Shown piece after piece: positions 57,192 to 64,000 of a stretch of DNA of 64,000 nucleotides. This stretch comes from a virus. Taxonomy: Duplodnaviria > Caudoviricetes. A program made the translations under genes and the position numbers. Where the stretch lies: the IMG/VR virus record IMGVR_UViG_2974668079_000001, positions 12,351 to 76,350 of that record. One strand, 5' to 3'. How positions within the stretch are numbered: the first letter of the stretch is position 1; every line of letters begins with the position of its first letter. Under the pieces are notes generated by a model, which was given only the letters and a program-made list of their open reading frames with translations, had not been told where the DNA came from and did not search any database.

Positions 57192-57680
57192 ATGCGCAAT
57201 CTAAACAACTATTTTTCTATTGAACAAAAACTTACTAACCGCACTGAAGCGGTAAACACTGCAAACCGTTTTATTAACGAAGTTGCGCCCGTTCTGATCG
57301 CTCGACTATCTGAAGGCTTTAAGATCAAAACCACATCAAACGATTTCTTTAAAAAGGATCACGAAGACTTGAGATCAATTCTCGACAACGCAGCGATGGC
57401 GGACAAAATCCATCAAGCTTTTTTAGATGTCACTGACACCGTGATCCGCGTTCGCGTGAAAACAACGTTTACAGTTAGTAACGTTGGTTGCTGTTACTAT
57501 GAGGATTTCGCTAATATTTGGAGCCGTGAAAAAGATCAGGCGTGGGACTTCCAGCCGCTGGAGATTATCCCGGTTGGAAAAGTGATCGAGGCACATCAAG
57601 CGATCAAGCCACTAGAAGATCAGATCCGCGAACTTAAAGCGAAACTATCTCAACTTAAATCAATTACGGGCGGGCTATAA
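57192..57680 (+). CDS. Hypothetical early protein
   Basis: TAAGGGC RBS; C-terminal coiled coil. Confidence 0.7.
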   Translation: MRNLNNYFSIEQKLTNRTEAVNTANRFINEVAPVLIARLSEGFKIKTTSNDFFKKDHEDLRSILDNAAMADKIHQAFLDVTDTVIRVRVKTTFTVSNVGCCYYEDFANIWSREKDQAWDFQPLEIIPVGKVIEAHQAIKPLEDQIRELKAKLSQLKSITGGL

Positions 57681-57682
57681 TT

Positions 57683-58087
57683 ATGGATCTATCAACTAAC
57701 ATCTATGCAGCGGATAACCGCTACCACTTTGCGGACCGTTATGACGAACACGGGACCTTAAACGATCTAGCGTGTGAGTACGCGGATAAGTTCCAGTCCG
57801 AATACTTGGAGCACATCAACGGCGAGACCGCCGATCCCGACGACGCTCAAACGTTAGCGCATGATTACGCCCGCGAAACTGTACTCGATGGAATGTGCCG
57901 TTTTAGTGTTCGCTTTTTCGCGGTCACTTACCCGGATCATGTTTTGACGCGTAAACCATTCGATACACTTGGAGCCGAAACACCGGATCAGCTAATCCGC
58001 CGAAATATTGAAGAAGTTGTGACCGCCGCCGCCAACGTCCTGATCGAAGAAATGCGCGAGCGTGGAGATCTTGACCGTGACGAATAG
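57683..58087 (+). CDS. Acidic early protein, possible Ocr-like DNA mimic
   Basis: About 30 D/E versus about 13 K/R in 134 aa; DPDDAQTLAHDYARETV segment. Confidence 0.6.
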   Translation: MDLSTNIYAADNRYHFADRYDEHGTLNDLACEYADKFQSEYLEHINGETADPDDAQTLAHDYARETVLDGMCRFSVRFFAVTYPDHVLTRKPFDTLGAETPDQLIRRNIEEVVTAAANVLIEEMRERGDLDRDE

Positions 58088-58304
58088 CATTGAAGCATTG
58101 ACGGATCGCGGATACCTTCCAGCCGGGGAGTTTAACCCGGCTATTCATAAAAAGGTTAGTAAATGCGATTTGGGCGGGATACCTTGCCGCGTGGTTAGCG
58201 GTCCCGGCTTGGAGCGCGGGATCATGCCATACCACACAACAAAGATGATCGGCGGCTTCCCGGTAGTGGTAGACAATAAAACATATTTTGTAAAATCGAA
58301 TTAG
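58062..58304 (+). CDS. Hypothetical early protein
   Basis: Fills the gap between neighbours; start uncertain. Confidence 0.5.
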   Translation: MEILTVTNSIEALTDRGYLPAGEFNPAIHKKVSKCDLGGIPCRVVSGPGLERGIMPYHTTKMIGGFPVVVDNKTYFVKSN

Positions 58305-58317
58305 TAAGGGCGTTACT

Positions 58318-58695
58318 ATGAAAAAGGTTAATAAACCACAATCAAACCGATTCTTTGAAGGCGTGCGAGATCTTGACAGCCTGATCGGGCGTTCGACTCA
58401 CAACGGCGAATACTCAAACAATGTGATCCGTTTAGGGTTCACACATTTAAACGGTCAAGTGTTGGAAGGTTGCCCGGTTTATATCACCGGGGAATTGTTC
58501 GACAAAATCGGCGGGATGGTTTACGGCAACGGCGGCGAACTAAACAAGCGTTACCGCTTGGAGATGGTTTACACAATGGGCGGCGAATATCATCTTTTTG
58601 TCAAGTACCAGCACATTAACGGATCGCGTCGTGTTTGTGCAATATCCCCGGATAGCGTCCAGCGATGGATCGACACGCAACCGAAAAGCAATTAA
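58318..58695 (+). CDS. Hypothetical early protein
   Basis: TAAGGGC RBS. Confidence 0.7.
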   Translation: MKKVNKPQSNRFFEGVRDLDSLIGRSTHNGEYSNNVIRLGFTHLNGQVLEGCPVYITGELFDKIGGMVYGNGGELNKRYRLEMVYTMGGEYHLFVKYQHINGSRRVCAISPDSVQRWIDTQPKSN

Positions 58696-58699
58696 TTTA

Positions 58700-59010
58700 A
58701 ATTATATTAGTAAGGGCGCATTTTGCGCCCTTTTTTGTACCCGGTAAGCTGTACAGCTTTATTACTAATATTTAGCTTTTTGCTGTACGTGCAGCGGCGA
58801 TCTAGGGCGATTTTTCAATTTGGCGCGAAACGAAGCTTTTAATACCATAGCAAGGCTTTTACTAAAAACCGCTTACAACGCCATACAGCGCGAATTTGGG
58901 GCATATTACTAAAACGTGTTTTAGTAATTACTATTAGTAAAAAGAGTTATAAAAATAATTGTTGAAAGTTGCATTTTCCTATTGTACCCGGACCGGGTTT
59001 TTAGTAATAT
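58700..59010 (+). repeat. About 310-bp direct repeat, copy 1 (terminator, spacer, early promoter 3)
   Basis: Aligns with 60190-60500; AAGGGCGCA-TTT-TGCGCCCTTTTTT terminator; TTGTAC-N17-TAATAT at 58982-59010. Confidence 0.92.
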
Positions 59011-59064
59011 GTATCACAAGGAAGGCGGGAAGGGTTCCCGGCTAGATTGTGTGGAGTGCTCGCA

Positions 59065-59343
59065 ATGGCATCACAAAAACTTGATATTTTCCCGGCTCGC
59101 TTGGGTTTACCGTCGCAACTAAACAAGGCTTTTAAAAAGGCGGGTTTATCCGTTGTCATATTGGATAAGCATCCACGCGGATCAGTTGCTAGCCGTGGCG
59201 ATCAAAATTTCGTTTGCTACCGTGTTGATTTTCAATCGGTTAGTAAATGTGGCGATGGTTCCGACGCTCGCCCGGCTTCAATGGCATTCACTCACAACAC
59301 AAAAACGCACCGCGTGACGTTAACAGAAATCGACTATCTTTAA
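59065..59343 (+). CDS. Hypothetical early protein
   Basis: GGAG RBS; first gene after promoter 3. Confidence 0.65.
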   Translation: MASQKLDIFPARLGLPSQLNKAFKKAGLSVVILDKHPRGSVASRGDQNFVCYRVDFQSVSKCGDGSDARPASMAFTHNTKTHRVTLTEIDYL

Positions 59344-59372
59344 TTTATATTTTTATCAGTAAGGGCTTTACA

Positions 59373-59699
59373 ATGACAGTTACTAAACTAGAAGCATTAA
59401 AAACAACTTTCGATCAAGCGGCAAACGCGGCAATCGACGCGGGCGCAACTCATTACATTATCAATAAAACGCTGTACGCGGGACAATGGATCACGTTCTC
59501 TTATAGTTTTGTTAATTGCGACAAAAAGAAACTTAATCAAGTTTTTGAAGTTGGGACGTATATCAAAGAGATGAAAACATACACACCAACGGATCGTTGG
59601 ATGTCTGACAAGTGGATCGGGCATAACCTAGACGGGCGAGACCGCCACGGAATGATCAATTCTGAATTGTTCCAGCTGGATCGCGGTATTATTAAGTAA
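59373..59699 (+). CDS. Hypothetical early protein
   Basis: TAAGGGC RBS before ATG 59373. Confidence 0.7.
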   Translation: MTVTKLEALKTTFDQAANAAIDAGATHYIINKTLYAGQWITFSYSFVNCDKKKLNQVFEVGTYIKEMKTYTPTDRWMSDKWIGHNLDGRDRHGMINSELFQLDRGIIK

Positions 59700-59744
59700 T
59701 CACACAATAACAACTATTCACACATTTATTAGTAAGGGCTTATT

Positions 59745-60185
59745 ATGAAAACTATTTGTAAAGTTATCGCGGGATCATTCGCTGGCGAGTTTGGTCGCCT
59801 TCATTCTAAATTCAGCACGGGCTTGATCATGCTGGAGGACCGCCACGGCGATCAGTTGTCTGTCACTGAAAAGCAGATCGAACGCTTGGAAGTGCGCACG
59901 GCTAACCTAAACAATCCAACTATTCAAGGTTTGATTGATATTGATGGATCTATCAAGTACGGCTTCAATAGTGGCGGCTACGAATCAAACGCGTACTTTA
60001 TCACGGCGGACGGCGGCACGCTGGCAATTAATACAGTTATCAGTGAGATCGATAAAGTTGATTTCTGCGACGACTGCGATCCGCAATGGCATATTGTACA
60101 CCACGGCGTAAACTATGAAGAGACGGATCTTTTAGACTCTCACACGGGCGAACCAATCCCGGCGGCGTACAGTGACGACGACTAA
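59745..60185 (+). CDS. Hypothetical early protein
   Basis: TAAGGGC RBS; GGY..YFITADGGTL..W.....NYE..L....G..I..AY domain; acidic. Confidence 0.7.
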   Translation: MKTICKVIAGSFAGEFGRLHSKFSTGLIMLEDRHGDQLSVTEKQIERLEVRTANLNNPTIQGLIDIDGSIKYGFNSGGYESNAYFITADGGTLAINTVISEIDKVDFCDDCDPQWHIVHHGVNYEETDLLDSHTGEPIPAAYSDDD

Positions 60186-60189
60186 AAAC

Positions 60190-60500
60190 AATTATATTAG
60201 TAAGGGCGCATTTTGCGCCCTTTTTTGTATCCGGGACTGCGTACAGCTTTATTAGTAAATAACTGCTTTTCGCTGTACGTACACCGGGGATCTAGGGCGA
60301 TTTTTCAATTTGGCGCGAAACGAAGCTTTTAATACCATAGCAAGGCTTTTACTAAAAACCGCTTAAAACGCCATACAGCGAGAATAAGAGCTATATTACT
60401 AAATCGCGTTTACCCGGTTTAATATTAGTAAAAACGTTCTAAAAATAATTGTTGAAAGTTGCATTTTCCTATTGTATCCGGTCCGCTAATTTAGTAATAT
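60190..60500 (+). repeat. About 310-bp direct repeat, copy 2 (terminator, spacer, early promoter 4)
   Basis: Offset 1490 bp from copy 1; TTGTAT-N17-TAATAT at 60472-60500. Confidence 0.92.
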
Positions 60501-60578
60501 ATTCACACGGTAAGAGATTACCAATATTAATCATTTTCCCCGGTGGATTTCCCCCGGTTTATTTAGTAAGGGCTTATT

Positions 60579-61358
60579 ATGAAAACTGTTAAAATTACTA
60601 ATTCTGATTTAGTGGCTATTCGTTCAAAGTTTGATCGCGAACTTCAAAAGCAAAAAGATCGCTACGCTGCAAACCCGGATTTGTACGGCAAGCAAACGGA
60701 AGAATCATTGATTCCACGTTGGATCGATAACGCTTATAGTAAAGCCGTGTTCCAACAATTGGAGCGCGACGGGTTAGCGTCTATCAATAAAGAATCTGAT
60801 CTTTTCTACTCATTCGCGGATCATGCTGGCGATTGCTTCGATCCTGAAGTTAATAAAGACATCGATCCGGCGGAATTGAAACGCCAGCGTAAAAACGAAT
60901 TAGCACGATTCAACCGTCAAGGCGTATACTACCATGAATTAATTGTGCTAGGCGAAACGCTAGGATCAATAGGCGGCTTTGTGGGGAATGACTTTTACGG
61001 ATCAGGCTACGACATTGATTTTTACAATACGGCGATCACTCACATTGCGAACGTGTACGGCGGCGACTTTATCCCAACACTTGACAAAATACAAAAAGCA
61101 ACCGCGCACACTGATTTAGTAACAACTTTCTTTTACTGCGATTACTCCAAAACAGTGCGCACAAAAGCGAATCATTGTGTACTAAACTTTTTTGAGCGTG
61201 ATCACCGCTGGATTGTTGATATTGATCGCGGCGTCCCGGTAGAAATCGCGGCACTTGTTTTTGAGTTGTTCCATACATCGCATGATTTTGTATGGTCCAA
61301 AACTGGCGAGCAAAAAGCGGAAATTCTAAATAAATACATCGCGGACAACTTGAAATAA
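60579..61358 (+). CDS. Hypothetical early protein
   Basis: 259 aa; TAAGGGC RBS. Confidence 0.75.
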   Translation: MKTVKITNSDLVAIRSKFDRELQKQKDRYAANPDLYGKQTEESLIPRWIDNAYSKAVFQQLERDGLASINKESDLFYSFADHAGDCFDPEVNKDIDPAELKRQRKNELARFNRQGVYYHELIVLGETLGSIGGFVGNDFYGSGYDIDFYNTAITHIANVYGGDFIPTLDKIQKATAHTDLVTTFFYCDYSKTVRTKANHCVLNFFERDHRWIVDIDRGVPVEIAALVFELFHTSHDFVWSKTGEQKAEILNKYIADNLK

Positions 61359-61373
61359 TCGGGAGTTACTAAA

Positions 61374-61556
61374 ATGCAAAATGTTTACGGTTATATCTAT
61401 ATGTCTGTTTTTTGTGAAACTGGTTTAAGCGAACGCGGTGCAAAAATTGCCGCGTCCCGTGTGGGCGCTTCCCAAGTGGGCTATCGTTCACCGATCAATA
61501 ACATGTATATTCAAACGGCGGTAAAGAATGCCGCCGGAAAATGGGAGGCGCGCTAA
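61374..61556 (+). CDS. Small hypothetical protein
   Basis: GGGAG RBS; 60 aa. Confidence 0.65.
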   Translation: MQNVYGYIYMSVFCETGLSERGAKIAASRVGASQVGYRSPINNMYIQTAVKNAAGKWEAR

Positions 61557-61557
61557 A

Positions 61558-61779
61558 ATGGAGGTTAAGATCACCGGGCAAAATCCAATACATAAACACG
61601 TGTATTCTACTTTCTACCGTGGCAAACGCTTCGACGTGAACACGCTAACAAATAGCGTTACTATTGCGACTTTTAACGATAAGACGGGATCGCGCTTCCT
61701 CCCGGTTAAATCTTCAGTTACTAAAAACAAAGTATTGAGCGCCGTACTACAACACATCGCAGGCAATAAGGATCAATAA
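61558..61779 (+). CDS. Small hypothetical protein
   Basis: GGGAGG RBS; coupled to neighbours. Confidence 0.6.
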   Translation: MEVKITGQNPIHKHVYSTFYRGKRFDVNTLTNSVTIATFNDKTGSRFLPVKSSVTKNKVLSAVLQHIAGNKDQ

Positions 61780-61780
61780 A

Positions 61781-61996
61781 ATGTCATTACGTGGAATTGC
61801 ACAGACTGAAATCGAATCGTACAACGCGCTGATCGTTCTAATCGAAAACGGCGAACACTCAAAAGCGCGTGCAATGTTTTGCGATTGGGACCAATCAAAA
61901 CAAAGTCGTTTTATCCGTGCGCTTGGAGATCTTGAAGGCGTGACACTTGAATTACATCTTGAAACATTAAAGCAATTGATTGTTTTGTATGTTTAG
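61781..61996 (+). CDS. Small hypothetical protein
   Basis: AAGGA RBS; coupled to the previous gene. Confidence 0.6.
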   Translation: MSLRGIAQTEIESYNALIVLIENGEHSKARAMFCDWDQSKQSRFIRALGDLEGVTLELHLETLKQLIVLYV

Positions 61997-62051
61997 TAGA
62001 TTTACACTGTAAACCATTATTTATCATTTTATTAGTAAGGAAAAAGTTATC

Positions 62052-62555
62052 ATGTTTAATCAAGTTATTGTTGAAATTCCAGCGGGCGAGATCATCACGG
62101 TTGAAACTTATAACACGCCATATCAGGCACGCGGGATCGCTCGCTGCATTCAAGCGGTTGCGGGTACTGATTACCAACCGGGCAAAAACTATTTTGTTCA
62201 CGTCCCAAGTTCACAAATTAACCGCGAGGCGTTCGAATACATCACGTCTATTGATTTAGCAATTATTGTTAGTGTTGCTAATAGTAATCCGGCGGGCGTC
62301 ACTGCAATTGATGCCGAGCATCAGGAAACCGTTAATAGTTTTATCAATTGGAACAACGATCACCGTCTAGCCGTTGAAGCGGATAAGCGCGAATCAACAC
62401 TTGAAACACGCTTACACAAATCTAAATGCTATCAGCAAGCGGTTTACTTTTGGCGTAACCTTCCACTAAGTGAGAAAAATAATATTAGTAAAGTATTTCC
62501 AGCACTGGCGGACGGCTACCCGCTTGAATCGCATTTCGGCGGTATTGATAAGTAA
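62052..62555 (+). CDS. Hypothetical early protein
   Basis: TAAGGA RBS; 167 aa. Confidence 0.7.
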   Translation: MFNQVIVEIPAGEIITVETYNTPYQARGIARCIQAVAGTDYQPGKNYFVHVPSSQINREAFEYITSIDLAIIVSVANSNPAGVTAIDAEHQETVNSFINWNNDHRLAVEADKRESTLETRLHKSKCYQQAVYFWRNLPLSEKNNISKVFPALADGYPLESHFGGIDK

Positions 62556-62604
62556 CTCAATACCACTTTACACTGTAAATTACTTAGTAAGAGATAATCA
62601 CACT

Positions 62605-62784
62605 ATGAGTATCATGATTGAAATACACAAGGCGGAAAATCTAGATCCAGAAAGTTTCCCGTTATGCCCTTATTGCGACCAACCGATCCAAAACGTACAC
62701 GACGCAACGATAATATATAACGGTATGTTTTCCGTTTTGGCACTAGCGCATAAAACATGCCAGCAAGAAAACGAATCACAATAA
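62605..62784 (+). CDS. Small Zn-finger-like protein
   Basis: CPYC...HKTC; start at ATG 62605. Confidence 0.55.
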   Translation: MSIMIEIHKAENLDPESFPLCPYCDQPIQNVHDATIIYNGMFSVLALAHKTCQQENESQ

Positions 62785-62800
62785 TATCAATAGTGACTAC

Positions 62801-62827
62801 GCCCGGTTTAATCGCCGGGCTTTTTAT
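62801..62827 (+). terminator. Rho-independent terminator
   Basis: GCCCGG..CCGGGC followed by a T-run. Confidence 0.75.
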
Positions 62828-63423
62828 TGTCTATCGTTTACTAATAACACATTACTAAATAGTATCATTTCCCCGGTTGCCCTTCCCGGTTGTATCCGCC
62901 CGCCAGCTATCCACACGCCGCCATTTTTTCACCTCGACATAAACGCGCCGCGCAATCATATATAATGATAAATCTGTATATAACAATTCTCCCTAGTGTG
63001 TAAATACTCATTATCCTATATAGGTAGTTACCCGTGTATATTCTTTATATTATGTTATTTGTTATTAGTGTATTTATAGTTTTATTCTTAGTAAAACATT
63101 ATTCCCTTTTTGCCTATATTCCCCATCTACTGAAGAGTAAAAAGATAGTAAGCATTATATCAATAAGAAAGTGGGCGAAATCGGGGCGCAAACGGGCTAT
63201 ATCCGGGCGATTGGGCATTAACCCATATCATCGCACCACTACCACACGCAAACGGGCGCACACGGCTTTACAGCGATGCAATATATTGAGCATTCTATTA
63301 TTAGTTGTTTGCTCTTACTAAAACATTGAACAACTGGCAACAATAAATTATAATCTATACACGGTAGGGAATCGGGTTTTCCCTATATACGGAAATTCAC
63401 TATATACACATTAGGCGGTCACT

Positions 63424-63507
63424 ATGTCAGATATATACTACGGTTCGTTTTGCGCGGGCTTGTTTGCTCTTATGGTTTACGGTTGCCAACTAATGGGGGC
63501 GATGTAA
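63424..63507 (+). CDS. 27-aa hydrophobic peptide
   Basis: MSDIYYGSFCAGLFALMVYGCQLMGAM; TAATG overlap with the next ORF. Confidence 0.4.
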   Translation: MSDIYYGSFCAGLFALMVYGCQLMGAM

Positions 63508-63665
63508 TGTTATACTCATTAGTAATCATTCTATTACTGAACGGCGAGCCGCAATATCATATCGAAGATTACAATCTATCATTTGAGGATTGTCAGCACG
63601 CGCTATCACACATCGATCAGTCTATCCCGGCGATGTGTGTATCACAATCAGGTAATGAGCTATAA
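63507..63665 (+). CDS. Small secreted/membrane protein (52 aa)
   Basis: MLYSLVIILLLNGEP...C...C; followed by a terminator. Confidence 0.5.
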   Translation: MLYSLVIILLLNGEPQYHIEDYNLSFEDCQHALSHIDQSIPAMCVSQSGNEL

Positions 63666-63699
63666 CACAATAACTATTTACTAAACACTCATTACTAAA

Positions 63700-63727
63700 T
63701 GCCCGGTTCACGTCCGGGCTTTTTTAT
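63700..63727 (+). terminator. Rho-independent terminator
   Basis: GCCCGG-TTCACGT-CCGGGC followed by a T-run. Confidence 0.75.
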
Positions 63728-64000
63728 ATCTGCAATTCACTATATACAATCCTATCAATAACGCCACGCCTACCCGGACCGATTGACCGGGACCAACCGA
63801 CCAACACGCAAACGCAATGATACAACTATCAATAGACTATTGAGCATTGCATCATTACCCATTCCCTATTGAGCAATCGCACTATAAACAAATCTATTAG
63901 TAAACAATTCTATCAGTTGCGCAATTGATAATAGTGTCATTGAGTAATCTGTCAGTTGCGCAATTGAGTAATCTATCAATAAGGGGGTCCGAACCCCCCA

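Noticed and set aside
63034-63321. 95-aa ORF
   Set aside because: It has a GTG start without an RBS and lies in low-complexity AT-rich DNA, so it is probably non-coding
1-64000. TTASTAA as a Chi-like site, or only as tandem stop codons
   Set aside because: Chi sites are non-palindromic and strand-biased, and most copies are in-frame sense codons within genes in both orientations

Overview
This is 64 kb of a tailed dsDNA phage (siphovirus) genome. The thyA resembles the Vibrio/Haemophilus type, so the host is probably a Vibrionaceae-like gammaproteobacterium. All credible genes lie on the + strand, and no integrase, repressor, tRNA or CRISPR array was recognised. The order is: packaging and head (0.7-7.8 kb), tail with a -1 frameshift chaperone and tape measure (7.8-22.2 kb), lysis (22.3-24.2 kb), then a large replication/recombination block (24.2-48.6 kb). 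That block holds a lambda-style initiator with iterons, a DnaC-like loader, DnaB, SNF2 helicase, primase, beta clamp, UDG-fold/PolA fusion, clamp loader, ThyA, Tmk, SSB, RecA, RuvC and SbcCD. Next come a degenerate QueD, a MazG fusion and a displaced TerS (48.6-52.8 kb), a ParB module bracketed by inverted 23-bp arrays (52.9-55.9 kb), and an early-gene region with repeated strong promoters (56.3-64 kb). The most striking unexplained signal is the interrupted palindrome TTASTAA (TTAGTAA/TTACTAA). I counted about 240 copies by eye against roughly 10 expected. They occur inside genes, in ribosome-binding regions and over promoter elements. All functional calls come from motif recognition only; no database searches were run.
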